Shown here piece after piece: positions 18,505 through 28,036 of a stretch of 64,000 nt of DNA. The notes below the pieces were generated by a model that did not search any database, was not told the origin of the DNA, and worked only from the letters and a program-made list of their open reading frames with translations. This DNA comes from Silvanigrellaceae bacterium (GTDB taxonomy: Bacteria; Bdellovibrionota_B; Oligoflexia; Silvanigrellales; Silvanigrellaceae). Every line of letters begins with the position of its first letter. Position 1 is the first letter of the stretch. Both the position numbers and the translations under genes were made by a program. The DNA is taken from NCBI GenBank assembly GCA_044339525.1, contig JBIIVH010000005.1, positions 8,746 to 72,745 on the forward strand, in the 5' to 3' direction.

Positions 18505-19770
18505 TCATTGGGTTCCCCAAACCGCCCATTCTTGTAAGTCTTTTATCCGTGTGGATCCACCTAAAACCAACTTAAGATAGCGGGCTGATATAGGGGTTGG
18601 GAGAGTGACATTTAAAAACCGAAGGGTTGGAATTTGGGCCACTGCAACCGTCCAATTTAGATCATCTAAAGAATATTCAAGGGTTATGGTATCATTTTGA
18701 TTTAAAAATAAATTATGAAAATGCATGTTTCCTATGTTTTTAACCTCTTTTAAATCCATCTGCAATTCTTGTACGTCAAAAGCTTCTAAAAGAGGTCGGT
18801 TTAGAAATTGCCCATCGGTGAGCTGGGTCAATTTAAAACCCATTTGGGGAGAAGTCACCAAAGCCCCCGTAGATACCAAAGCATCGGCTTTTTTAGGTGC
18901 AAATTCAACAGGTTTACTCATGCAAGACCTTCGTCGGTCGGAACCATCTTCGTAGATGGCCTCCAAGGCCACATACATGGGTTTTCCCTGAAACAAGGTA
19001 TCCGATAAGGAGGCAGAAAACGTGGTGGCCGAAAACTCCTGAAACCACACTAAAGCTTGGGAAGACTTTTCTGCAATCCGCAAGTGATAACGCACCACGG
19101 AGGTGATAGGACTTTTCCAGGAAAATTCCCATAGGGTGGTTCCGGAGGGTGTCACCACAACCCCAGAAGATTCACACAAAGCCGTGGGATCTAATTTGGA
19201 TTCCCTATCTTTAACCACAAAGGTATTTTTTAAGAATTGATCCGAGGAGTCTGGTTCATTAGAAATATTAATGTTTATATTTCCATCCACATCTTTATAA
19301 AGTTCTTGCACCTTAATTTTAAATTCGTAGGCTCCCTGCGTGTCTGTGACTAGGGAAGCTAAATAGGCATTGGGTTTTTCTTCTACTTTTTTGGGATCCA
19401 CAGCTAAATTATTTTTTCCGTAAGTTAACAGATAAAAAGGTGTAAAAAGTGGAAAAGCCGCCAACATAAACTCCGCGCCCAGCAGAGTCACAAAATTTTG
19501 TCTATAAGAGGCATTTTCATCTATAAACCCCTTGACTCTCAGATTTTGAAATCGAAGTCGTTTTTGGGCATAGGCAGAGCCATCGCTATTTAAAAAACTC
19601 CCCTTGATAGTAAGCGTGGTCCCCGGCACCAAGTAGTCTGGTGTTTTTGATCCCGAAGGGCCGCAAGCCTGACTCCCAAAAAGGGCCATGCTGCAAATCA
19701 CGACCCAAAAACCTTTCCGAAATCTTAGGAAGGTACCCAAGGGCAATCTTATATTTTGTGAACCTTTCAT
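18505..19770 (-). CDS. hypothetical secreted protein with C-terminal discoidin (F5/8 type C)-like domain
   Basis: 421 aa with a signal peptide. The C-terminus ...LEYSLDDLNWTVAV...ARYLKLVLGG...LQEWAVWG resembles discoidin/CBM32 domains. A 4-nt start/stop overlap links it to the upstream gene. Confidence 0.5.
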   Translation of the reverse strand: MKGSQNIRLPLGTFLRFRKGFWVVICSMALFGSQACGPSGSKTPDYLVPGTTLTIKGSFLNSDGSAYAQKRLRFQNLRVKGFIDENASYRQNFVTLLGAEFMLAAFPLFTPFYLLTYGKNNLAVDPKKVEEKPNAYLASLVTDTQGAYEFKIKVQELYKDVDGNININISNEPDSSDQFLKNTFVVKDRESKLDPTALCESSGVVVTPSGTTLWEFSWKSPITSVVRYHLRIAEKSSQALVWFQEFSATTFSASLSDTLFQGKPMYVALEAIYEDGSDRRRSCMSKPVEFAPKKADALVSTGALVTSPQMGFKLTQLTDGQFLNRPLLEAFDVQELQMDLKEVKNIGNMHFHNLFLNQNDTITLEYSLDDLNWTVAVAQIPTLRFLNVTLPTPISARYLKLVLGGSTRIKDLQEWAVWGTQ

Positions 19771-20456
19771 TTTTCCACTCCATCTTGCGTGGCAAAGGTT
19801 AGAACACTCACCGGACGATAAAGGGAATCGGGATAATTAGAGGAAAAAACCTCAAGTTCATCTTTGCCATTGAGCTCACTTTTGACGGCACGGATCACAA
19901 AGCCTAGCTGTGTTCTATTTTCCGCCACCCATTGCTTCATCAGGGAAGTTAAATCAAAGGCCAATTCTTTAGCCTGAATTCCGCTACTCGGAACTCTGAT
20001 GGCGGGTGTGATGGCCGAACCCGACAAATCCCAGGAACCCCCGGGCGTCCATTGGACACTTTTATCTAGAATCCCCAAGGGATGACTCCATTTCGCAAAA
20101 GGAGACCATGCTTGGTTTAAGGGCCAAAGCTCAATATTATCCGGATTGATGTTTAATTCTTTTGTGTATAACAAAAGTTCAACAACCCCAAGGGAGCTCA
20201 AAATGATCTTTTCATCCCATAACTGGGAGAGTTTTGGAAAGAGGATAAGTAACCTTGATTCTAAATTCCCTTGGGGCCAACCTATTTTAGCCGTGGGCTG
20301 CTGAGAATCCCCACAGTCATCACAACCCTCGTGAATCCCCACATCCACCACATCCGTTTCACGCTTGATGGCCGTGTCGCCCGTGGGTGTGTTTTTTGCA
20401 CCGCAAGAGAGGAAGAGAAATCCTCCCATCCCAAACCTAAATAGGAATTTTATCAC
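19767..20456 (-). CDS. hypothetical lipoprotein (possible DNRLRE-like carbohydrate-binding fold)
   Basis: 229 aa. N-terminus MIKFLFRFGMGGFLFLSCGAK (signal followed by Cys). The pattern ...LLLYTKELNINPDNIELWPLNQAWSP is reminiscent of DNRLRE domains. ATGA overlaps at both ends. Confidence 0.45.
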   Translation of the reverse strand: MIKFLFRFGMGGFLFLSCGAKNTPTGDTAIKRETDVVDVGIHEGCDDCGDSQQPTAKIGWPQGNLESRLLILFPKLSQLWDEKIILSSLGVVELLLYTKELNINPDNIELWPLNQAWSPFAKWSHPLGILDKSVQWTPGGSWDLSGSAITPAIRVPSSGIQAKELAFDLTSLMKQWVAENRTQLGFVIRAVKSELNGKDELEVFSSNYPDSLYRPVSVLTFATQDGVEK

Positions 20457-21319
20457 AACATACCTCTTCGCAAGCCCATAAAAAGGGAACGCACCAATCC
20501 TTCTGTGGTGTGTGTTCCGGTTTGGTAAAGCACTTTAGAATCTTGGGCCTGTCGCAAGGGAGACTGAATCCCCCCTTCCACAAGCCAGCCGCCTTCGCAC
20601 AAAAGGAACCCAGCAGAGGCTTCCCAAAACTCTATGGGCTTGGGCTTGATAGAGACACTCCCCAATCCATAGTCTATTTTAGAGCCATTAAATTTGGTGT
20701 ATTTCCACTTGCCCGCCAATAATAAAGTAGAGAGCAAAAGAATTTGCCCCTGAACAAAATAGGATTCATACCGCCCATAGGTATGAGTCACTTTATGGGA
20801 GTCTAAATTTTCGCTCCCGGAAGTGTCAAACAAAGGTCCTACAAATTGGGCACCTACTTTCCAACTCCCGATTTCAGAGAAACCCATAATCTCTAGTCCG
20901 GTTAATTCCTTATAACTTTTAATCAAATTTGCAGTGGAGGAGTCCCACCCAATGGTCCTCTGAAATCCCCAGGGAACCACAAATCGAAGAGTGGTGAAAT
21001 GCAAACTCAATCCACTCACGAGACTAAAAGCATCTAATTTGCTTAAGGAGGTTTCACGGTCGGGGGTTTTCCAAAATCCCCCCAAGAGTTGGGTGCGAAG
21101 AAGCACCACCCCCAGGTGGGCATCCCCATCAAACTGGAGCCTGTGTCTAACCGTGCCTCGAACCGCATCAAAAGCGTGGGGGCCCGTATTAAAAAACCGA
21201 AGCCCTAACCCTAAATCAGCGCCTTTAAACGTAGCCCCCCCTTCCCCCAGGGCCAAACTAAAATCTCCACCCCATAGGGCCGATAAACCAATCACCCAAT
21301 GAATCCTACTCATGACCAA
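20453..21319 (-). CDS. hypothetical protein, possibly an outer-membrane beta-barrel
   Basis: 288 aa with a signal-like N-terminus. Gly/aromatic-rich alternating segments run throughout. No known motif. Operonic with its neighbours. Confidence 0.4.
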   Translation of the reverse strand: MVMSRIHWVIGLSALWGGDFSLALGEGGATFKGADLGLGLRFFNTGPHAFDAVRGTVRHRLQFDGDAHLGVVLLRTQLLGGFWKTPDRETSLSKLDAFSLVSGLSLHFTTLRFVVPWGFQRTIGWDSSTANLIKSYKELTGLEIMGFSEIGSWKVGAQFVGPLFDTSGSENLDSHKVTHTYGRYESYFVQGQILLLSTLLLAGKWKYTKFNGSKIDYGLGSVSIKPKPIEFWEASAGFLLCEGGWLVEGGIQSPLRQAQDSKVLYQTGTHTTEGLVRSLFMGLRRGML

Positions 21320-21326
21320 TAACCTC

Positions 21327-22346
21327 TTAAGGGGAACAATTTAGGAAGGATTCATGAATAAATCCCGTTTTATTTGTTTGATTTAGAATGTAAGACACGG
21401 AATACCATTTTCTGTTACCTTCCACGGCAAGTCCTTCTGTAACATTTTCAACTCTCACTCTGGCTTGGCCATTGAGAGCATCCACCAGCTCTCCCTGCCC
21501 TGGCATGGTTTTGACTTGGGATCCCCCTGGGGCCAAACCACACCATGTGGGCATTTTAGCCGGGGGAACAGAGGAAAATGTTTTATTTTGGGAGGGGTTG
21601 CTAGAGCCCTCTTTTTTCTCAGGATTCGTTTCCGCTGGAGCCTCAGGGATCTTTTCGCCCTTCCAGTGGCTTTCACAAACGCTTTGCTGTTGAGAACAAT
21701 CGGGAACATCTTTTGGGTCGATATCAAATTTCCCAATGACTATTTTTGTGTGGAGAGGAACCTTTTGAAATAAAAACTCCAGATTTTCCGGCGGATTTCG
21801 AACACAACCAGAACTCACGCTTCGCTTTTCTGCAATCGTCTCACGAATGCTGGGGATTCCCGACGGATGCTCGACGTTGTCATGCTTTGTGCGATAGGGT
21901 TTGGTATTAACCCCGTGCAACCCGTACAATTTCCCCTTATCAAACCAAAGGGATTTTTTACCCAAAGGGTTGGTTTCCGCACAACGGGCTTGAACGGTTC
22001 CTTTCCCATTATTCCAGGTGGGGCATTCCTCTTTTTCATGGACGGTAAACACACCCGTTGGAGTGTTTTTAGATTTTTTATGATCTCCCGTGGCCACCAT
22101 CCACCGCACCACTGGTTTTCCCTCTTTATAAAGAAACAGATAGTTGGTGTTAGTGTTTACTCGAATGGCAATTTTACCATTTAATTCAGATTCTTTGGGT
22201 TCTGTAGACAATCGAGTGGCCACTTCGTCGGTGGAGTCTTTCGGCTTGCAGGAACTCAAACCATGGAATGGCAAATACAGGAAGCCTAATCGGAAGAAGG
22301 ATTTGAAAAGGGAAACGTTAAGCTTCTTATTGTTTGAAGGCATCAT
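21327..22346 (-). CDS. L,D-transpeptidase (YkuD) family lipoprotein with C-terminal SH3b-like domain
   Basis: 339 aa with lipobox LSSC. The YkuD catalytic region is LYGLHGVN...SSGCVRN (His and Cys). The C-terminus KWYSVSYILNQTNKTGFIHESFL is SH3b-like. Confidence 0.7.
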   Translation of the reverse strand: MMPSNNKKLNVSLFKSFFRLGFLYLPFHGLSSCKPKDSTDEVATRLSTEPKESELNGKIAIRVNTNTNYLFLYKEGKPVVRWMVATGDHKKSKNTPTGVFTVHEKEECPTWNNGKGTVQARCAETNPLGKKSLWFDKGKLYGLHGVNTKPYRTKHDNVEHPSGIPSIRETIAEKRSVSSGCVRNPPENLEFLFQKVPLHTKIVIGKFDIDPKDVPDCSQQQSVCESHWKGEKIPEAPAETNPEKKEGSSNPSQNKTFSSVPPAKMPTWCGLAPGGSQVKTMPGQGELVDALNGQARVRVENVTEGLAVEGNRKWYSVSYILNQTNKTGFIHESFLNCSP

Positions 22347-22401
22347 TCAAGCTGTAACCTACTTCTGGGTATTTAGAATAGATTAAAGAAGGACGGGAAA
22401 C

Positions 22402-22992
22402 TTAGCAAGCGTCCTTGGGCAAGGGAGTTGGGGTGATGGTGGGAGCTGGAGCGGGAGATTTTGTTTCCACAGGTGCAGGACTGGGGCTAGGGCTTGGACT
22501 AGGGGAGGCGGATGGAGGTGGTGTCGCTGTTGTGATTTTGACATCGGCGCAAGAAAAATAATCTCGAGCGGGCATACTGTCGGTCATGTGCTGACGCATG
22601 CGTAAAATACAGCCATTATCGCATGTTTGGCTAGGCACGGAGAGCGTAAAGTCATAGGGCCTGGGCACGGCGGGAGTATTTCCCTTGTGCAGCAAAGTGG
22701 TGAGGACGGTCCATGTGACCCCCTCATCCCGGGAAAGATCAATGGTAAATCCGCCGGGGTGATTGATGGTTTCTTCCACTCGTAAATTCACGGTTGAACC
22801 AGGCACCAAATGATTAAAATAAGTGCCCTTCGTTAGACCACCACACGGACCTGTTTTTAAATTATCTGCATTGCTCCTTGCTTTAAAGGTTTGTCCATTG
22901 GGTAACGTAACCCCGGACCATCGGGCGTGACCCAATGCCACTCCCGATAGGGTGCAGAGCCCGGCCCAAATCATCCATTGATGTTGCTTCAT
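22402..22992 (-). CDS. small secreted protein with predicted mature N-terminal His (LPMO/X325-like copper-binding candidate) and Pro/Ser/Thr-rich tail
   Basis: Track ORF 22402-23121 trimmed to the ATG at 22992, which has AGGAGA upstream and an ATGA overlap with the upstream stop. The signal peptide MKQHQWMIWAGLCTLSGVALG is followed by HARW... Motifs GPCGG, INHPGGF and YFSCADVKI are present, and the tail reads SASPSPSPSPSPAP... Confidence 0.6.
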   Translation of the reverse strand: MKQHQWMIWAGLCTLSGVALGHARWSGVTLPNGQTFKARSNADNLKTGPCGGLTKGTYFNHLVPGSTVNLRVEETINHPGGFTIDLSRDEGVTWTVLTTLLHKGNTPAVPRPYDFTLSVPSQTCDNGCILRMRQHMTDSMPARDYFSCADVKITTATPPPSASPSPSPSPSPAPVETKSPAPAPTITPTPLPKDAC

Positions 22993-23534
22993 GGTAGGTT
23001 CTCCTGACATAGACCCATGGCCTGAGATAGAGCTTCGGCTAAATGGGGCCCTTGTGCGTTCCATTGCTCCCACGCAGGACTTTGCGCTCCCAGGGAGGCT
23101 ACGCCAGGGGCGTAATAGCAATTGGCCTCTTGATATTGGTAGTGATCCAAGGGCACTTCGGAAGCCTGAAGGCGGGTTTGTACCGAGGTGTCAAATCGTA
23201 TCGTTGTTACTTCAACACAAAACTCACCTTGACTCAGATCAAAACATATAGGAGCGCTTTCCTTCCCCGATAGGACGGTGGGAGAAAACACTCGGAGGTA
23301 ACATTTGTATTCTTCACTCACCAGACAGGAAGGGTTGGAAATGCGTGAGATTCGATTTTCCAAAAGGGACAAGGGCTCTTGAGCCTTTTGAACCTTGGTA
23401 GGTGTGCATTTTGCATCTTTAGAGGCCGTACCATCCGCTTTTTTTAAGTCGCTGCAGGCCGTCCCAAGCATTGCCCCCAAAACACCCAAAAGGCTTCTGC
23501 GCCCTATCCCCTTGGGACGCATTTTGTGAATCAT
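22989..23534 (-). CDS. hypothetical lipoprotein
   Basis: Track ORF trimmed to the ATG at 23534 (GGAGGTGA upstream), because the longer form overlaps the glnN 3' end. N-terminus MIHKMRPKGIGRRSLLGVLGAMLGTACS (lipobox). Contains 8 Cys. No known motif. Confidence 0.55.
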   Translation of the reverse strand: MIHKMRPKGIGRRSLLGVLGAMLGTACSDLKKADGTASKDAKCTPTKVQKAQEPLSLLENRISRISNPSCLVSEEYKCYLRVFSPTVLSGKESAPICFDLSQGEFCVEVTTIRFDTSVQTRLQASEVPLDHYQYQEANCYYAPGVASLGAQSPAWEQWNAQGPHLAEALSQAMGLCQENLP

Positions 23535-23583
23535 AGCATCACCTCCTCGAGTCGGTATCGGAGGAGGTGAGAATGACTTAAAT

Positions 23584-25776
23584 TTAATCGAAACCAAACA
23601 ACATGTGTCGGTATTTAGGGAAAGGCCAAGAGGCGTGGGGCACTAAGGCCTCCAGCTCATCGCAAGCCCCCCTTAGTTCTTCAAATTTGGGAAGAACCGA
23701 CTGGGCGATTTGATGGGAGAGCTTGGTGAGACCAAAGGCATCGTGACATTCCTGGGAGGAAGCCCTATCTAATTGCACCTTAACCATATGCAGGGCTGCT
23801 TCCACTCGGGAGCACAAACTACCCACTTCGGTGGCCATGCGTTGAGCAGGCGAGGGAATTCCAATTTGGCTTGCCTCCCTCGTTAAAGTCACTAGCCCTG
23901 CCAAATAGTTCAATCCCGCTGGCAAAATACCCGTTTGAATCATATCCACGCCCGTGTTTACTTCGATCAGTGTCTGCTTTACGTAACGCTCCAACTGAAT
24001 CACATGGCGACTTAAGATGTCATCTGGATTGAGAATCTCATTTTCCACCAAACATCGAACCTTGGCAGGTTCGGACAAAACGGCTAAGGCCGCCGGAGTG
24101 TTGGGAAACTCATTGATCCCGCGACGGGCCGCTTCCTCTTTCCATTCCTGTCCATAGCCATTCCCTTCAAAACGGATGAATCGGGTTTGCTTCACCACTT
24201 CTTTCAACACTTCCAAAAGTGTCGTGGTGGTTACGGCGCCCTCTGGAGAAGCTTTTTTCTCTAAAGCTCGATTGAGTTTTTGCAGACCATCGGACACGGC
24301 CGCATTTAAAACAGTTACAGGAAAACTGATGTTGGCGCTGCTTCCCACCGCACGAAATTCAAATTTGTTGCCTGTGAAGGCAAAAGGGCTGGTACGGTTT
24401 CGGTCTGTGTTGTCTTTGGCCACGTTTTGCAAATGGGAAGCACCCATGTCTATAAACATCTTTTCTATGTTTACCGAACTTAATGTGCCTTGTTCTAAGC
24501 CATTCAGTACCCGATCAAGAGCATCTCCCAAAAAAACACTCATGATGGCAGGAGGCGCTTCATTGGCTCCTAGCCGGTGATCATTTCCTGCAGAAGCAAT
24601 GCTCACCCGCAAGAGATCCGCATTATCGGCAATGCCCTGAAGCACGGCACACAAAAACGTTAAAAACACCATATTTTCCTGAGGGGTGTGGCCAGGATCC
24701 AGAAGATTTCGTCCTGTGCTATCGCACAAAGACCAGTTCACATGCTTGCCACTGCCATTCACACCGGCAAAGGGTTTCTCATGAAAGAGCACCGCAAAGC
24801 CGTGGCGAGGAGCCAAATATCTCATGGTTTTCATCACAAGTTGATTGTGATCCACAGCCACATTCGAAGATTCAAAAATGGGGGCAATTTCAAATTGACC
24901 TGGTGCCACCTCGTTATGGCGCGTCTTTATGGGCACTCCCAATTTGTAGAGTTCGATTTCCAACTCGTTCATAAACGCATGCACGCTGGCAGGAATATGT
25001 CCAAAATAGTGATCTTCCAGTTCCTGACCCTTGGTGGGTTTACGTCCCAGCACCGTGCGGCCAGAAAATTGCAAATCGGGACGAGAATCGTAGTATTTCT
25101 TATATATCAAGAAAAATTCTTGTTCAGGACCCACTGTATTGGTCACATGTGTTACTTTACTCTCTCCAATGAGCTTGAGAGTTTGGGTGGCCGTTTTAGA
25201 GAGCACATCGTTGCTTCGAAGCAGCGGCACTTTGTAATCTAGCGCGTCTCCATGGTAACTGATAAAGAAACTAGGAATATACAAAGTCTTTCCATTTTCC
25301 GTTTCCATCACAAACATGGGAGAACTGGGATCCCAACCCGTATATCCCCTGGCTTCAAAGGTAGACCGAATCCCTCCCGAAGGAAAACTAGAGGCATCGG
25401 GTTCACTTTGAAGCAATTCACCTGCGGTAAACCTTTCCAAGGGTTTCCCATCCTTAAACCACAAAAAAGCATCGTGCTTTTCAGCAGTGGAGCCCGTTTG
25501 GGGTTGGAACCAGTGGCAGTAGTGGGTGGCACCCATTTCCACGGCCCATTCTTTTACCGCAGCAGCCACGCGTCCTGCCAGACTTTGATCGATTTTTCCT
25601 CCCAACCTCATGACTTGAGACATCACTTCCAAGTCTTGAGCGTTGAGTTTCTTAGACATGGCTTGAATTTCAAACACATGACTCCCAAAAAACTGAGGCA
25701 CCCGTGCTAGGGTGCCATCGGAGTTAACGGGGCGTTCAAAAGTTCGAATCGAATGGGGGGGCACTATGGTTTGCAT
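23584..25776 (-). CDS. glnN: glutamine synthetase type III
   Basis: 730 aa, the characteristic GSIII length. The GS catalytic core region is present (...NGSGKHVNWS..., ...HRLGANEAPPAIMS...). Confidence 0.9.
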   Translation of the reverse strand: MQTIVPPHSIRTFERPVNSDGTLARVPQFFGSHVFEIQAMSKKLNAQDLEVMSQVMRLGGKIDQSLAGRVAAAVKEWAVEMGATHYCHWFQPQTGSTAEKHDAFLWFKDGKPLERFTAGELLQSEPDASSFPSGGIRSTFEARGYTGWDPSSPMFVMETENGKTLYIPSFFISYHGDALDYKVPLLRSNDVLSKTATQTLKLIGESKVTHVTNTVGPEQEFFLIYKKYYDSRPDLQFSGRTVLGRKPTKGQELEDHYFGHIPASVHAFMNELEIELYKLGVPIKTRHNEVAPGQFEIAPIFESSNVAVDHNQLVMKTMRYLAPRHGFAVLFHEKPFAGVNGSGKHVNWSLCDSTGRNLLDPGHTPQENMVFLTFLCAVLQGIADNADLLRVSIASAGNDHRLGANEAPPAIMSVFLGDALDRVLNGLEQGTLSSVNIEKMFIDMGASHLQNVAKDNTDRNRTSPFAFTGNKFEFRAVGSSANISFPVTVLNAAVSDGLQKLNRALEKKASPEGAVTTTTLLEVLKEVVKQTRFIRFEGNGYGQEWKEEAARRGINEFPNTPAALAVLSEPAKVRCLVENEILNPDDILSRHVIQLERYVKQTLIEVNTGVDMIQTGILPAGLNYLAGLVTLTREASQIGIPSPAQRMATEVGSLCSRVEAALHMVKVQLDRASSQECHDAFGLTKLSHQIAQSVLPKFEELRGACDELEALVPHASWPFPKYRHMLFGFD

Positions 25777-26141
25777 AAAAAACTCCCTCTTTTATAGATT
25801 AAAAGACATGCAGTTAAAGCAATTGGTTCATCTCAACCAAGCCAAAAAAAAAATCCAACACGAGTCACTCGCTCCCTGAGAGTCGAAGGCCCCCCTGGGA
25901 AAACCAATGCCATCCCAGAAAGCTTTCCTTGCAACTGGGTCCATTCTATAACAACACAGCCGGATGATGTCTATAGTTTCTCATTCAGAATCCTTTTCAT
26001 GAGCTTTTTCACCAAAGAGGAGCGTCAAGAATCCGAATTTCCATTCCAAAAGGAAAGAAAATCGTGTATATTTGGCAAAGTGTCCCATTTTTACTTACAA
26101 AGATCGTTTTTTCCATTTTGGACAAAAAATGAGGAGTTTTC

Positions 26142-27332
26142 ATGTCTTCTATCGCAAGAGTATACGTTTTGTCACAATTGGGGCTCGGAATCTTAGTGTT
26201 CCCCCAATGCAACTCCCGACCCAGCTCTGAAGTTAAGGTGGTAAAATCGGCTCCTCGCCCATCGGGCGAATTTGACACCCTTTCGCTGGCTACATTCAAT
26301 AGAGGAACCCCCTTTGTGCTACCCCCAGCCTCCGAGCTAGTGATTCAAGAGGCCGATCAGTCTGGCTTTTCAGAGCTCACCAAAAATTTAGCAAATACGC
26401 CCATTTATGAAGGGGAAGATCAATTGGCTCTCGTGGCCTGCTTTAACGAGGATTCCACGGTCATGGTGCCCAATAAACCCCTATCTCAAAAATTCGGGTA
26501 CAATGGCAATGCTTTTTCTTACCATCAAACCCCCACCCTCTCCGAAAATCGAAAATACATCTTTGAGTTCACCCCTAATACCATAGAAGAATACATGCAA
26601 GCCTCCCAACGTAATCAGCAGTTTCCTCCCCATGGATGTTACGTTTTAGAAGAAGGACTAAATTATAATAAAGATTTGGAAAGATACAAAGACATCATCA
26701 AAAAATCAACCAAATTTAAAAACCAATTTACAGCGGAAAAACTGGTCTCTAAAGCCATGAAGTGTGGCTTCAAGTTGGACAAGATTATCGCCGATGGGGA
26801 AGAAAACCTGGCACAAGCCATTGCGGAGGATGTGGGTCATGCCATTGATATGACTTCCGTACTTTTACCCATGGGCATCACATCGGGTATTCGTTCCTTA
26901 GTGTGCGGGATAGAATCTTGGATCAAGGAAGGATCTCCCGGAGCCAAGGCAGAACAAGAAAATCAGTTGGCCATCAAAAAACACTTTACCGCAGCCGTGG
27001 ACGCCACATTTGAAGAAATGAAAAAAGATGGAACCATTCAAATTCTGAGAGGGATCGGGGTGCTCAAAAAACGACTAGAAGACCAACTTACCTCCACGGA
27101 ACAAGAAGAAATGAATGCAAAAAACATCATCACACTCACCCGTATGGGTCATGCCCTTTTTGTTCCCAGATTGGTAAGGAATTATAACAAACACGAGACC
27201 ATTCTAGCGTTTCACAAAACGCTCAACATCAATTCAGATACGATTCGTCACCTAGCCAAATCAGCCATGGACGACTACGAAGAAAGCCTGCCGCAAAGAC
27301 CTTTTTATAAGAGACTATTAAATATCAAGTGA
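26142..27332 (+). CDS. hypothetical secreted/lipoprotein-like protein
   Basis: 396 aa with GAGGAG upstream. Signal-like N-terminus ending VFPQC. No recognised motif. Confidence 0.55.
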   Translation: MSSIARVYVLSQLGLGILVFPQCNSRPSSEVKVVKSAPRPSGEFDTLSLATFNRGTPFVLPPASELVIQEADQSGFSELTKNLANTPIYEGEDQLALVACFNEDSTVMVPNKPLSQKFGYNGNAFSYHQTPTLSENRKYIFEFTPNTIEEYMQASQRNQQFPPHGCYVLEEGLNYNKDLERYKDIIKKSTKFKNQFTAEKLVSKAMKCGFKLDKIIADGEENLAQAIAEDVGHAIDMTSVLLPMGITSGIRSLVCGIESWIKEGSPGAKAEQENQLAIKKHFTAAVDATFEEMKKDGTIQILRGIGVLKKRLEDQLTSTEQEEMNAKNIITLTRMGHALFVPRLVRNYNKHETILAFHKTLNINSDTIRHLAKSAMDDYEESLPQRPFYKRLLNIK

Positions 27333-27355
27333 TCCTAAAACGCCCACTATAGGCT

Positions 27356-28036
27356 TTAGAATGCTTCTCCTTTCGGCTCTCTAGCCCGCGACCAAACATC
27401 ATATTCCAATCCCCATGACTCCAACTCTTTTGTGCCATATTCCAACCTTGACACGCCCTTTTCAAACTTACGGTGAAGAGAGGTCACACATTGAGCTAGG
27501 CTATCCCTGTCTGAGAAATCTGCTTGAGTGGAGGCTTGGGCGGTGAGTAATACCGTTTCTTGGTTCCATTCTGGTCTTTCCAAAGTGCCCTGGGGAGCTT
27601 GGTACTTTTGGCCCACTTGGTGAAGTTTAGCAATGGTTTGTCCCCACTCCATTAGTATTTGTTTTGTTTCCATTTCTTCCCGCGTAGGAGGAGCTCCAGA
27701 TGCAAAAGGAAACACGCTCACATAAAAAAGATTGCCTTTTTCACAACTCACTTGCTCCACCCAGTTTCCCTTTTGATTTCTAAACGGCAAGACCGTTCTT
27801 ATTCCCGCAACCGAGACCTCTTCCATAAAAGAAAATTCAGAGTTTAATTGTTCTAAATTACGCGACCTAGGATGAGTAAGGCGTATCACACATTTTTGCT
27901 GTGAGCGTGTGCCCAGGTAGATGGAGTTGGTTACATATCGAAAAAATTCGCAGGGCCCCTCCAAATCCCATAGAATCTTCACTTGTTCCAGGTGTTGGTT
28001 GTGGGGTAACGCCGGGAGAGTGTTTCCTGCCGTCAT
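27356..28036 (-). CDS. aminoglycoside/homoserine-kinase-type (APH-fold) phosphotransferase N-terminal half only; possible remnant
   Basis: 226 aa. The N-lobe-like pattern (...CVIRLTHPRSRNLEQLNSEFSFMEEVSVAGIRTV..., FPFASGAPP, ...IAKLHQVG) is present. The ORF stops before any HxDxxxxN catalytic loop or DFG-like motif. ATGA overlap with the upstream GNAT gene. Confidence 0.4.
   Translation of the reverse strand: MTAGNTLPALPHNQHLEQVKILWDLEGPCEFFRYVTNSIYLGTRSQQKCVIRLTHPRSRNLEQLNSEFSFMEEVSVAGIRTVLPFRNQKGNWVEQVSCEKGNLFYVSVFPFASGAPPTREEMETKQILMEWGQTIAKLHQVGQKYQAPQGTLERPEWNQETVLLTAQASTQADFSDRDSLAQCVTSLHRKFEKGVSRLEYGTKELESWGLEYDVWSRAREPKGEAF

Noticed and set aside
22993-23121. N-terminal extensions of track ORFs (22402-23121, 22989-23597, 28033-28692, 29701-32223, 43703-44524, 49472-50221, 50212-51618, 54350-, 58667-)
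   Set aside because: The extensions overlap upstream genes or lack an RBS. Internal ATG/GTG codons preceded by Shine-Dalgarno-like sequences give canonical N-termini (signal peptides, conserved family starts), so the starts were trimmed.
25929-25943. sigma54-like element (reverse complement TGGACCCAGTTGCAA) upstream of glnN
   Set aside because: The GG-to-GC spacing is 2 nt shorter than the TGGCAC-N5-TTGC consensus and the -24 half is imperfect. It is not a credible RpoN promoter as it stands.
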